63,986 nt of DNA from Carcharhinus longimanus (lineage: Eukaryota): positions 105,831,918-105,895,903 of the forward strand of contig JASCQW010000001.1 in NCBI GenBank assembly GCA_030264375.1, in the 5' to 3' direction. Both the position numbers and the translations under genes were made by a program. The notes beneath the pieces are model-generated. The model made no database searches and was not told the origin of the DNA. It worked only from the letters and a program-made list of their open reading frames with translations. Below are positions 38,560 through 51,142 of the stretch, one piece after another (the stretch's first letter is position 1; each line of letters opens with the position of its first letter).

Positions 38560-39050
38560 ACAAGACACAAAGAGTGGAATGGTCACCACTTGCCTGGATG
38601 GGTGCAGCTCCAATAAAAATCAAGAAGCTTGACACCATCCAAGACAAAGCAACACCCCAACCACAAACATTCACTCCCTCCACCATCGCCGCTCAGTAGT
38701 AGTGGCGTGTACCATCTACAAGATACACTGCACCAAGACCCCTTAGACAGCACCTTCCAAACCCACATCCATCTAGAAAGACACAGGCGGCAGACATATG
38801 GGAGTACCGCCACCTGCAAGTGCCCACCCAAGCCACTCGCCATCCTGACTTGGAAATATATCAGTGTTCCTTCACTGGCTGGGTCAAAATCCTGGAAATC
38901 CCTGCCTAACAGCACTATGGGTCTACCTGCACCTCAGGCAGTGCAGCAATTCAGGAAGGCAGCTCATCATCACCTTATCAAGGGCAATTAGGATGGGCAA
39001 TAAGTCCTGGCCTAACCAACGAGGCCCACATCCCATAAATGAATTTAAAA
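38560..39050 (+). mobile_element. L2/CR1-group LINE 3' end
   Basis: ccacttgcctggatgggtgcagctccaat...aagaagcttgacaccatccaagacaaagca...ggcaattaggatgggcaataa...cacatcccataaatgaat. Confidence 0.85.
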
Positions 39051-39149
39051 ACGTATTTCAATCCCAGGTCTCTGTTCATTCACTCCATCATCTTCCAACG
39101 AGTATAGGCTCCCTTTTCTTGTTTCCCTCCCAAATTATATTGCTTTAAA

Positions 39150-39557
39150 ATCATTGAACCCCTACATTGAAGAAGAGGCCATTCGGCCCTTCAAGTCTGC
39201 ACCAATACCCTGACAGAGAATCTTACCCAGGTCTCCTCCCCATCCCTGCAACCACACATATTCACCAAGGCTAATCCATCTAACCTACACATCTTAGGAC
39301 GCCAAGAGGCAATTTAGCATGGCCAATCCATCTAACCTGCACACTCTGGGACACTAAGGAGCAATTTAGCATGGCCAATCCTCTCAATCTGCACATCTTT
39401 GGACTGTGGGAGGAAACTGGAGTACCCGGAGGAAACCCACACTGACACGGGGAGAATGCGCAAACTCTGCATAGACAGTGACCCGAGGTTGAATTGAACC
39501 CGGGTCCCTGGTGCTAATGAGGCAGCAGTGCTAACCACTGTGCCACCGTGCTGCCCC
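39150..39557 (-). mobile_element. HE1 SINE, full length, CR1-derived tail with internal tandem duplication
   Basis: tRNA head (ggcagcagtgctaaccactgtgccaccgtgctgccc), V-domain, repeated gcaatttagcatggccaatcc unit and a ggccattcggccc tail. Confidence 0.9.
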
Positions 39558-39944
39558 TCAGTTATTAAATAGCATCTGCCACCTTTCTGCCCACTTAACT
39601 AACCTGCTCACATTCACTTGACACTGTTTGAGAGAACTCAGATCCCCCTGTCGCACTGAGGTCAATACAGTCTCACCTCACATCTTAGACTTGAATNNNN
39701 NNNNNNNNNNNNNNNNNNNNNNNNNNNNNNNNNNNNNNNNNNNNNNNNNNNNNNNNNNNNNNNNNNNNNNNNNNNNNNNNNNNNNNNNNNNNNNNNCAAG
39801 AAAATAGTTTAGCACCAGCCTCTCAACGACAATAAGGGATGAACAGTAAATGATGGCCTAGGCAGCAACACTCATATCCCATGAATTAATTTTTTAAAAT
39901 GTTGCCACTTTCCGAATCCAGGCACATTCTGGTCCAGATTCTAC

Positions 39945-40070
39945 GGCCGGAATTTTACCGCCTCGTCCGCCTCGGAATCGAGGCCGGCGAGGCTCACAGG
40001 ACAGAATTCTCTGTTGGCCTCGGGCGGGATTTTACAAGTCTCGCCCGAGCGAAGTCGTAAAATCCCACCC
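39945..40070. mobile_element. Young copy of the ~125-bp Harbinger-type MITE
   Basis: ggccggaattttacc...gtaaaatcccaccc TIRs with intact CpGs. An older copy lies at 40339-40451. Confidence 0.7.
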
Positions 40071-40739
40071 TTTGCTACAACCAGACTTCTCTCCGGACAG
40101 CGTTGACAAGTCTTGAATAACTAGTTTCCTGGGAAAGTGGTTATGGAGGCATAAAACAGATGTTTGGGCATTATTTTCATTTGCCAATGGCATGACAGCT
40201 GTTTGCCTGTATTGATATAAGGAACAATGCATTTCCAGTTCAGAATGAGCACTGCATGCCACAATCATATTGGATGCATTGGCACACATTGTATGCCAGT
40301 GAATTGGATGTAGCATTATTGAATCTTTCAAATATACACTGGAATTCTGCCACAGAAATTGGATTGGGCAAGGGGCTGACAATGGGAAGGTCTGTTGACC
40401 TTGGGTGGGATTTTTCAGTCTCAGGTTGAGCGAGGCTGTAAAATCCCACCCCTGGCGTTGGATTTGACATGATGATACTCAGTTCTAGTTCTCCACCAGT
40501 ATTGTCAAGCAGCCTTTGTACCGTTAGCCTGTTCTGACTAAAATTTAGTCTTGTATTATTAGTTGAGTAATTTAGTTCAGTTAAACATTGTGAAAACAGA
40601 AGCAATCATCTTGGGGGTCCTGCCGAACATGCTAAGCCCTTAGCTCCAATTCAGTCTCCCTCTGTTTCCCTGGCCTAGATTCAGGCGAGTGCACTGGAAA
40701 CTTCTTTTTAACTCGAAGCTGAACTCCTGACGCCACATC

Positions 40740-41360
40740 CTCTTTCTTCATTACAAACACTGACTTTCACCTTTGCCCTCACCGCCTCTGCCCTAGCCTC
40801 AATCCATCTGCTGTTGAAACTCTCATCCATGCCACCATCCCCTCCAGACTCCAGTGATCCAATACTTTGTTGGCCAATCTTCTAACCTCCACCTAGCATA
40901 AACTTCAGATAATCCAAAACATTGCTGCCTACTGCCCAACTCAAATGAGGAATAATCCACCCAATTCACAGTGGCCACTGATAAAATTTCCTCTGGATTT
41001 CTCAGTGCTTCCAATTGAAAACTTGCATCCTTGTGTTCAAATATGTTTGTTGTTTCAGTCTGTTCTATCTTTGCAACCTTTTCTAACCCAGCCTCTAAGC
41101 AATCTGCTGCCTTTTTGTACATCCACCACTTCCTTCAACCCCCTATTGTCAGTTGTACCTTCAACCTTGTAGGTGAGTTCCCAGAATTCCCTCCATGAAC
41201 TTTTCTTTCTTTGTTTCTCAATAAAAACTATCTTTTCCAGCCTAGGTTTTAGTGACTTCCTTTTTGATGGTGTCGCTATTTCTCTGATTACAATTCTGTG
41301 AAATGGCTTGGGACATTTTCCCACAAGTGTGATATAAGTGCAAGTTATTGTTGTAATAAA
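40740..41360 (+). mobile_element. L2 LINE 3' relic
   Basis: ctgctgttgaaactctcatccatgcc...tccagact...atccaaaacattgctgcc, ending in the ctgtgaaatggcttgggacattt...taagtgcaagttattgttg tail. Confidence 0.7.
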
Positions 41361-41604
41361 TAACTGTGATTCACAATTAAGATTAAACACAGTAGAAGAT
41401 TGTGACTTTAATCCTGCATATATTGTGCGACATATTCTACTAAAGTGCAATTTTATAATGATAGATTGTCCAGTATGCTTTGGGCTGGAGAATAATAGGG
41501 GATATAATTGGATTTTTTATTTCTTTCAAAGAAAGTTGGTTTACTGAAATTCGTTCCTTCAGTTCTGTGCACATCTGCCAGATACCCTTGCTACCATGTT
41601 TACA

Positions 41605-42072
41605 AAGAACAAAGAACAACCCAGCACGGGAAACAGGCCCTTCGGCCCAATGAGCCCGCGCCGCCACATCCTCCTACACCTATTCTACCCTGCGTGTCTA
41701 CAAATGGAACCCCTAACTTAGCCAGATTNNNNNCTTATTGAATGGCGGGGCAGGCTCGAAGGGCTAGATGGCCTACTCCTGCTCCTATTTCTTATGTTCT
41801 TATGTTAATCTGCACCAACTATCTGAAAGAGCACCTCACCCAGCAACTCTTCCCACCCCCCCCAAATCCTCCCACCGAAATCTCTGGCATTTACCATGGC
41901 TGATCCAACTAACCTGCACATCTTTGGATTGTGGGAGGAAACTAGAGCACCCAGAAGAAATCCTTCCAGATACAGGGAGAACATGCAAACTCCATATGGA
42001 CAGTTACCCAAGGCCAGAATCAAATTTAGGTCACTAGTGCTGAGAGGCAGTAGTTCTGACCACTGTGCTGCC
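41605..42072 (-). mobile_element. HE1 SINE / CR1-tail composite containing a collapsed young CR1 3' end (41734-41804)
   Basis: acaaagaacaaagaacaa...ggcccttcggccc tail, V-domain at ~41900-42010 and a short N-run before the CR1 tail. Confidence 0.75.
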
Positions 42073-43124
42073 AGGGTTGGCTGGTCTGAGACCAGTATTT
42101 GTTCTTATATTAATGGAATATGACAAATTCTGTCTTTGAGAACTGAATGGAGCCTCAAATTACTTTAGGTGTGAGATTGTAATAAGGTCAGTGTGGGATC
42201 TTGGTGACCAATAGTACAAATAGTTTGTTTGCTTATCAAATGATATTAAAGGATATAAAAAGAACCAGGAAAAGTGAATGAAACAGGCTGAACTAAGGCC
42301 AAAGTACACTCAAAAAAGGAGAAGAAAAGAGTTGAACTAAGAGCGAAAGAGAATTCAGAAATGTCAAGTAAGAAAACTGCAACTATAATATCAAATCTTG
42401 CAAACTGTGGCCTCCAAACTTCCTTCCTTTGCCAAGCTCCTTGATCATGCTACTACCTTTCAAATCCATGCCATTTGTTCCCAGAACACCCATTTTAAAT
42501 ATCCCCATGTTTGAATATCTGCAATCAGGTTTCTGTGCAATATCGAAATGGCCCTTATGACATCCAGTATGACCGTGACAAAGGTATATTGTCCTTCATT
42601 CCTCTTGACCTTACCTGCAGCTTTGGATATTGTTGACCACACCATCCTCCTTGAACGCTTTTCCACCATCATCCAGAGTGAAAAGTCCAAGAGAGGCAGT
42701 GGTGAGATACACTGATGACACCCAGCTCTATCTGTGAGCAATTACACTGTATATTTGGATGACGTTGCCAAAGGACAGCATGTCCATACAACACAGGAGG
42801 TGACTAAGGTTAGGTCCTTGGGGGGCACCAAAGGGAATGATACAAGAGCAGAAAGTCATTGCAAATGATTCTCTATCTCTGACTACATATCTAATCTACT
42901 GAGCCGTAATTGGAGGATAAAATTTGGGTATCAACTTAATCATTAACCCAAGGCAATTATGCTTTTGGTTATGGCAGACTTTCTTTTATATTTCAGTATT
43001 TAAGAATGTGCAATGTTGGAACAGAATCTGACTTGCATTTTGTTGGTCAAGGGAATAATATAGTTAATTTATCAACTGTTAGTAAGTTTTTGGCATACAA
43101 ACAGTGATTACAGAATAGATGTAG

Positions 43125-43407
43125 TGTGCATTAGTCTGCAACTTTATAAGACCCTTGTCAGGCCTCATTTGGAGTACTGTGCGCAGTTCTGGTCGCCTCA
43201 CTATAGGAAGGANNNNNNNNNNNNNNNNNNNNNNNNNNNNNNNNNNNNNNNNNNNNNNNNNNNNNNNNNNNNNNNNNNNNNNNNNNNNNNNNNNNNNNNN
43301 NNNNNNNNNNNNATGTGATCGGCGCAACTCGTGGGCCGAAGGGCCTGTTTGTGCTGTAGTGTTCTATGTTCTATGTTCTATGTTCTATGTTCTATGTTCT
43401 ATGTTCT
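43125..43407 (+). mobile_element. Young CR1 3' end across a gap, with (TTCTATG)n terminal microsatellite
   Basis: ORF reads LYKTLVRPHLEYCAQFWSPHYRK (CR1 ORF2 C-terminus). Tail is gggccgaagggcctgtt followed by (gttctat)n. Confidence 0.92.
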
Positions 43408-45014
43408 ATTAACAGGATGTGTCCTTGTGAAAATGGGCTCAGGGTATTACATGCTGCACCTTTTTATGTCTACCAATATGCCACTAGATAACCTTTCATT
43501 GTTGCAAGTTATTTGAAGAAACTTCATAATTCTAGGAATAGTATTTGAGTTATTGATCTGAATTCTTTTTTAGGGAAAGATAAATATTTGTACATCTCAA
43601 ATAATACTCCTGGCAATGAGGAAGTTACGGAAATGCCATTTTTAAGCGGTTGGTCCTTAACGTTCAGATTACTAGAGTTTTACTGGCTGAACAGATTGGT
43701 CTGTAGGATATATAAGATAAATAATGATGAAGTTACAAATAATAGTCGTAAAATCTATAGTATGGTCATTACGTTTGCCTCATTGTCACTGTGCTGGGCC
43801 TAGTTCATCATCTAAAGGTCTGGGGCAGAAATTGCTATCGTATTTTGCACATTTCCCGGTTCCAAAAGAGGCATTAGATAGTCAAATTTTACCATGCAAT
43901 CTTATGCACCAGAAATGTGTGTGATTCCACGTTAATTCAGGGAATTTATAGGCATCCCTATGAGGTTGCCTGCAACGAATGGGTTGGAACAAGTCTTCTT
44001 GCTACCTGCCCTCTTTTTGCTGCATCCTGAAATCATTTTTGTGCTGTACCTTGCTGCAAATGCAAACTAATGATCACAAGGGCAGCTGGGACCTCAGTGA
44101 ACTAACAGTGGAATTGTGGGATTGCGCAGCACAGAAGGAGGCCATTGTCCATCATGCCTGTGTTGGTTCTTTGAAAGAACTATACAGTTTAGTCCCAGCT
44201 TTTCCCCATTACCATTTCTAGCCAGCCCTTTTACATATGTGTTTGTTGCCTTTTAAAGTTTGTTTGTAATCTCATTCTACCATCATTTTCATTATGGCGC
44301 TGAAGGAGTCTATTTGGCCCATCACGTCAGTGCTGGTTTTCTGTAGAGCAGTCCAATAAGTCCTGTTTATTTCCCTCAAATGCCCTCCATTTACTTGTTG
44401 AACATATCAATAGTCCTTGCTTCAACTACTCTGGTAAGCAGTTGACTACCAGGTTATTACCACTTGTTGTGTAAAACAAAATCTTTCTCGCATCTGGGGC
44501 TCCGCGGAAGAGTCACATGAGCTCAAAGTTAATTCTCTTTCATTCTCTGGAGCTGCTGCCAGATCTGCTGAGTTTATCCAACATTTTCTGTTTTTAATTT
44601 CAGACTTCCAGTGTTCACAGTATTTTGCTTTTATCATCCTCACATTGGCTCTTTATCTCTTGCCCAATATGTTGCTCAGGGTTTAGTTCAGCCAACTGGT
44701 GGGGAGGAATGGGGAATTGTGTGGGAGATGTGCCTCTGACTTCCATTGGCGGGAGAATGGAGTGCAATGAAGTACAGTGGGCAGGAATAGCCCACTGTGG
44801 GCAGGAACAGCCCACTGTGGGAAACTCATCCATCATCAGCAGGAGCCTCATTACCATTAATAAGGCCCACTTAAGATTTATTTTCAAGTAATTCATTCAC
44901 ATTAACTGCTGCCACCCTGATTTAATGAAAATGAGAGCAGAATTCTGTGGCTTCAGTAACCCACCTGGTGAAAGCTGAGTTCCCTGACTTACCTTGACTG
45001 TCCTTTAGACTTAA

Positions 45015-45320
45015 AATCATAGAATCTCTACAGTGCAGAAGGAGGCCATTCGGCTCATCGAGTCTGCACTGTCCATGATCCCACCCAGGTCCTATCCCCA
45101 ACACCCCATTTATATATCCTGCTAATTCTCCTGACACAATGGGGCAATTTAACCATAGCTAATCCACTTAATCCACACATTTTTGGAGTATGGAAAGAAA
45201 CCAGAGGAACCCCATGCAGTCACGGGGAGAACGTGCAAGCTCCACACAGACTGATCTGAGGCTGGAATTGCTCCTGGGTCGTTGGTGCTGTGAGGCAGCA
45301 GTGCTAACCACTGTCACCTT
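45015..45320 (-). mobile_element. HE1 SINE
   Basis: catagaatctctacagtgcagaaggaggccattcgg tail, V-domain and tgtgaggcagcagtgctaaccactg head. Confidence 0.88.
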
Positions 45321-45579
45321 GCCATCCAGTGTGGCAGTGTGAGTCACAGGGAGCTGTAGCTCTTATAGAGCCTTTTGCTGTGTGGAGTGCAGAGTCCACT
45401 GGCTGAACTATGAAAAGACAAACATTGAATCAGGAAGGAAAATATTTAAAGGTCGTGAAGTGCAGAGGGAGCATCCCTTAAAGTAGCATTTCAGACTTAA
45501 GGAGAACACGTCTGGAAGCAGCCATTGTGGAAAAGGACAACTGTGGACCCATTGGATATCATCCACCCATCCTTGAGCA

Positions 45580-46950
45580 TTAGAGTAGACACACAATGTT
45601 GATAAACTTAGAAATGCACAACAAGCCACACAGGACCCTCAGCACAGCATGGACAGGAAGCCAGGCATCGCAGGAAAAGAGGATAAAGCTGGGCAGTGTA
45701 TCCAACAGTGTGCTGGAATAGCATAACCTACCTGCAGATATCATAGAGAGGCAGTGCCTGAGAAAACTGCAACTCTTTCAGGACACAGTCTGCACCCAAA
45801 TGCAGAATGCCCTGTGCTCAAGGGGTACAGTGGGTATCCAGTGCCAGTGGCCCTGCAAGTGATTGCAGTTCTCAGGCTTGCTCCAAGAAAGGCATGTGGG
45901 ACCTTTCAAGCAGCCACACACCAATACATCAAGGTGGTAACAAATGCATTATTGAGGAAGACTGGGGATTATGTGCCATTTAAAACAGAGATGAGGAGGA
46001 ATTTCTTCTGTCAGAATCTGTAGAACTCTTTGCCACGGAAGGCTGTGGAGGCCAGGTCATTGAGTGTCTTTAAGACAGAAATAGATAGGCTCTTGCTTAA
46101 TAAGGGAATTAGGGGTTATGGGGAAAAGGCAGGAGAATGGGGATGAGAAAAGTATCAACCATGATTGAATGGCGGAGCAGACTCAATGGGCCGAGCGACC
46201 TTAGTCTGCTCCTATGTCTTATGGTCTTGTATTAAATACAGGTCAGGTGAAGACAGCCAGGCAGAGGGGACGATGGGATTTGCTGCCAGGGCCAGTTTTC
46301 TGCACATCTAAGGTGTTTTGGCTGCACACAAGTCATCATCAAAGAAGTGTTACAGCAGTGAGGGGCCTTTATCCATTGGAAGAGCTTCTATTCATTGAAT
46401 GTTCAATTAGTTTGTGACTACTGGAAGTGAATACTGTAGATGTCTGCTCACGATCCAGGAGCCATGATACCTAAGTGCTACTACAGTCACAGGTGCTGCA
46501 GGTGTTTATGCCCATAGTTTCATGACTGGACCCTGGGAACATGGGGGTATCCTCTCCCAAGCAGGCTCATGACTGCTGTCAGGAACCCATGCACTGAGGC
46601 TGAAGAAAGGTTTAATGCTGGACTTGGCATATTAAAGGACATCATGAAGCAGGCCACTAGCCTGCTGAGATGTTGACGTCCACTGCCTAGACTGGTCTGG
46701 CCAGTGCTCTTCAATATGATGCTGTGAAGGTGTCATGGAGTATTGTCGTTTGCTGCACAACCTCATAATGCAAATGGGTGAAAATTTCAAAGAGAAAGAG
46801 GCATAAAGCTCAATTGAGATGGAGGAGGGGGATGAAGGCATGGCATGTGAAGAAATACTGAAACATCTGACTGTCCATGCCAGAGAGATGAAGGAGGACA
46901 TTCCAGAGACAAGGGGAAAAAACAAATCCAGTCTCAGTTCCCATGCGCTC
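45580..46950 (+). pseudogene. PIF/Harbinger (HARBI1-like) DDE transposase relic, interrupted by a CR1 tail
   Basis: Fragmentary translations PVPVALQVIAVL..., HQYIKVVTNAL, SLNVQLVCD, GYPLPSRLMTAVRNPCTEAEERFN and CLDWSG, then an acidic C-terminus. Multiple frameshifts and stops. Confidence 0.8.
45979..46229 (+). mobile_element. CR1 3' end inserted into the Harbinger transposase relic
   Basis: tttaaaacagagatgaggaggaatttcttc...gaatggcggagcagactcaatgggccga...ctgctcctatgtcttatggtctt. Confidence 0.9.
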
Positions 46951-47039
46951 ACCTGTAATGAGGGTGAACCTCTCATAGGTCCAACCCTCTGATCAGAGAT
47001 GGCATGTGCACCCATACTGAAGCCCTAAGATTAGGCGAT

Positions 47040-47820
47040 CAAGGTTGAAATGTGTAGTGAGCTGTTTGCATCAATGTTTACTGATGAAGGAGGAGCTGAC
47101 AAAAGTAATGATGATGGATGAGGTGAAAACTGATATGTAGGATACGCTGGAAAGACTGACTAAGCTTTCATCCCAGGTGGAGATAGCAAAAAGTGCTTGC
47201 TACCATTTTCCAGTTTTTCTTAGACACTGGGGAGGTGCCAGAGAATTGCAGAATGGAAAATATGACGTCTTTATTCAAGAAAGGCTGTAAAGACATTCCT
47301 AGTAATTACAGGCTGGTCATCTAAACATCTGTGTTGAGGAACGTTTGAGAAATAATACTCATACAAACAGAAAAGAATCAACAGGCTGAAGTGCACCATG
47401 TGGATGGTACACACTTCTGCCACTGTGCATCTAGTGGCAGAGGGAGTAAATGTTTAAGCCGGTGCTTGGGGTGCCAATCAAGCTGGCTGCTTTGATCCAG
47501 ATGCTGCTGTTTGTGTTCCTGGAACTGCATTCACTCGGGCAAGTGTGCAATGTTAATCACACTGCTAACTTGCGCCTTGTAAATAGTGACAGGTTTTAGA
47601 AACTCAGGATGAGAGTTGCTTGCCATAGAATTCCCAGTCTCTGATCTACTCTTGTAGCCAAAGTATTATATAGTTGCTCCAGTTGAGCTTCAGGTCAGTG
47701 TTAACCTCTAGGATATTGATAATGGTGCACTCAGTGAAGATAATGTCATTGAACGTCAAAGGGAAATGGTTAAATTTTCTCATTTTGGGGATGGTCGTTG
47801 CCGAGCACTCGTGTGGCACT
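47040..47820. mobile_element. Adjacent decayed CR1 (+, ~47040-47385) and L2/CR1-group (-, ~47395-47820) fragments
   Basis: ggaggtgccagagaattgcagaatggaaaat...aattacaggctggtc, then reverse-strand sequence shared with the 28385-29300 family. Confidence 0.65.
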
Positions 47821-49434
47821 TTCTGATTTGGATTGGTAGAGTCTGACCTTAATGATTTTAGTATCAAAGGGAAAGCCCACCAATCAAGGTAACAAATTCT
47901 TGTACATGATCCTCTATTAAGATGCATTTTTGTCTGTCAGCTATCTCAGCTGGCTTTAAGCTCCTACATAAAATGAGGTGCGTAGTTTAAATCCACTTGT
48001 AGAGAGTGGCTTGTATGAAACACCAAGTCAATTTCATTTCCACCTTGTGATGCTTTTCCTGTTTTTTCCCTTCCATCTGCTTTGATCCTGCTGCCTCCTG
48101 CTTCCTGCAGAGCTATTTAATGATCAAGCTCACCACAATGTAGTTCTTAAAGCTTCCCATACTACTGTCTATTCGGTGTGTGCGTTGTTAAGGGATAATT
48201 TTAACCTAACTCATTGGAAGGGCAACCAATGAGTTTGGGTGGGACATTGGTTATACACTCTCTTGATGTTACTTTGCAATGGAGAATAAAACTGAATAGG
48301 ATCCAAATCTAATGTTGCACTCAAACCCGTCAGTTTTAAACATTTGGTTAAGTTAAAGCTACTGCATTGTTTCGTTGAACAGTGTTTCTTTGAAGCTTTG
48401 GTGAGTCACTGTGTATTGAAGTGGCTGATTTAGTTGCCATTAGCAAACTGGCCTGTCAATCACAGGAGCACTGAGAATTTGAATCAGTTAATTCAAGTGA
48501 CTGAAAATTTGAAGTGGGCTGCTACCAGTAGACCGTACACTGCTCCAACTGAGACACAGGTGTTACTCTCCTTTCAGAAGCAACCATTCTCAATTGTTAG
48601 TGGGCATGAATCCATAGGAAAAGCCACATAGGCCAAAACCTTACACCCTTGTTTGTTGCTGGGATTTTCCGGTGCCATACAGTGAATAGAGTTTTGACTG
48701 GAACACCAAACTTACCACTGTTGTTCACAACGGATCCCACCATGGATGAGGCCAGAGAATCCCATTTCTGATTCAGCAATAGTTGGCAGTAAATTCACAA
48801 CATCAGGAAGAGAGGTCACAGGGTAGCTAGTGCAGAAAAAGGAAGGGCTGATTTTCCGAGATTTGGATTGAGACATTACTTAGCAGGATGTTGGGAGCTT
48901 TACCGTACAGATAGCCATACTGTATCTGATTTAAGAATGGTTTATACCAATGGAGATGGAATGTGTTTGACCAGCGTTGCCAAATCTTCGATAATATTAC
49001 TTGAGGGGAAAATAACTGAGTTGTGTTCAAAAACTTCTACTTTTGCTATATCCTAAAGTGAAATTTGAAAAAAGCCAGAATATTGAAGCTACTAATAAGT
49101 AGTTATGTTATTTGACAAATTATCTTAGTTTATGAAATGTAATTTACACAAAGCATTGTAAATACAATCCATTGTGTTGCAGTTCTGAAGCAAGATGCTA
49201 ATAAAAAGGAAGATGTGAAGAGAGGTTTTGCTTTTTTTTTTGCTGACTGCGTGGGAAAGAATTATCAGAACTCTTATCATGTGTCTGACTCATGATCATA
49301 CAGCACTGCGTTGACTATTGTAGGCAGCATCCAAAAGTCAGCTGTGGACAGAGCCAAATCCCTAAACTGACTGGGAATTGAATGCTGCGAGGGGCACCTA
49401 TTTGACTGCTAAGGAATTGTATCCCATTCACTGA

Positions 49435-49840
49435 ACACAAGAACAGAAGATATAGGAGCAGCCCATATAGCCCACTGAGGTTGCTTCACTATTCAATATA
49501 AGTTTGGCTATTCATGGGCTTTGATTCCACTTTCCTGCCCACCCTTGATTCCCTGAGAGACCAAACATCGGTCTATCCCAGCTTTGAATATAGCTAAGGA
49601 TGAAGCATCCAGGACCTTTTTGAGGTGGAGAATTCTGAAGATTTGCAATCTTTTGAGTAAAGAAATTTCTCCTCAGCTCAGTCCTAAAGGATCAACCTCT
49701 TTGTTCTGAGACTATGGCCCCATGTTTTATGTTCCTTTGCCAGGGGAAACAACCTCTGTGTCTACCCTGTCGAGCTCCTTCTGAATTTTGTATGTTTCAA
49801 CCAGGTCACCTCTCATTCTTCTAAACTCCAGAGACTACAA
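49435..49840 (-). mobile_element. CR1 LINE 3' end
   Basis: gaacagaagatataggagcag...gagtaaagaaatttctcctc...ggtcacctctcattcttctaaactccagaga. Confidence 0.8.
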
Positions 49841-50054
49841 ATTGAATGCATGATAACTGTTAGGAATTTTGATATCACAAGTAGTTAATATCTGATGGAA
49901 TGTTAGATGTTCAGTTCCCCCTGTGGGACAGATGTGGTAGAGAATGATTTCTCACAACTACAAGAGATCATTGAGAAATTGTTTGTCAATCGACATTGGG
50001 TTGGTTGGTTTGCTGATGGCATGACTTGCACTGAAGCATAAAACTGAGAAGACA

Positions 50055-50300
50055 GTGGCACAGTGGTTAGCACTGCTGCTTCACAGCGCCAGAAACCCAG
50101 GTTTGATTCCATTCTTTGGTCACTGTGTGGAGTTTGCACATTCTCCCTGTGTCTGCGTGTGTTTCCTCCGGGTACTCCAGTTTCCTCCCACTGTCCAAAG
50201 ATATGCAAGTTAAGTGGATTTGCTATGGTAAACTGCCCCTTAGAGTCCAAAGATGTGGTTAAGGGGATTAGCAGGGTAATTATGTGGCGTTACGAGTTAG
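50055..50300 (+). mobile_element. HE1 SINE
   Basis: gtggcacagtggttagcactgctgcttcacagcgccag...ctgtgtggagtttgcacattctccctgtgtctgcgtg. Confidence 0.9.
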
Positions 50301-50874
50301 GGTTGAATGTTATAAAAGCAAAAGACTGTGCATTTGGGAAAGGGGAAAACTCATGCATATAAAATAGCCAACTATTTTTTCTGTTTTTTGTGAGAAAGGG
50401 CATGAAATATAACAGAATGATCAGCGAAGTGGCTTAATCATTTTTATTTTCATTTTTTTAAGTTTAAATTTTGGAAGGGGATTAAATGTTTTTAGCATTT
50501 AATGAATGAAGAGTGATTCACTGCTATGAAATTAAACACACTGCAGTTTAACAATGCATCTCAATGACGAGCTCAATACGCAGCATGACCTTCCCACTTC
50601 CAAAACCTTGCTTTCCTGTGACTTCTGAGTGAAATTGTACCTTATTTGTTAATTTGTGTTGAATGACAGTTAATTTTCCAGTATGAGTTAACAAAGGACT
50701 TGCGAAAATAAACTAATTTAAAGTCAGTTTATTATAGCTAACTGAAAGAAAATCTTTTCATTCACCATATTTGGACAGGGTATAAATCTAAGTTCTGGAA
50801 CTGACACCCACTGGAGGAATCCGGTTGTTTTCTCCCAGTCAATTTAATTGCCCCACAAGCTGAGGATTTGTTTA

Positions 50875-51060
50875 TAGAATCATAGAAACCCTATATTGCA
50901 GAAAGAGGCCATTTGGCCCATCGAGTCTGCACTGACCACAATTCCACCCAGGCCTTACCCCTATATCCCTACCCACTAATCCCTCTTACCCACACATCTC
51001 GGGACACTAGGCAGCAATTTTAGCATGGCCAATCAACTTAACCCACGCATCTTTGGACTT
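50875..51060 (-). mobile_element. HE1 SINE 3' half, immediately upstream of exon 4
   Basis: atagaatcatagaaaccct...ggccatttggcccatcgagtctgcac...tagcatggccaatc. Confidence 0.85.
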
Positions 51061-51142
51061 TTTTTTTCTCTAGTTGAAGTAAATTTATTCTAAATATTCA
51101 AGCATTGACATCTGGAATTTTTTTTTCTTTTTATTGTTATAG

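Noticed and set aside
45634-45660. REST/RE1-like motif (ctcagcacagcatggacag)
   Set aside because: It has non-canonical spacing and mismatches, and lies inside the Harbinger relic.
50055-50130. tRNA genes
   Set aside because: The A/B-box-like sequences are SINE heads that run directly into V-domains and do not form a full cloverleaf.
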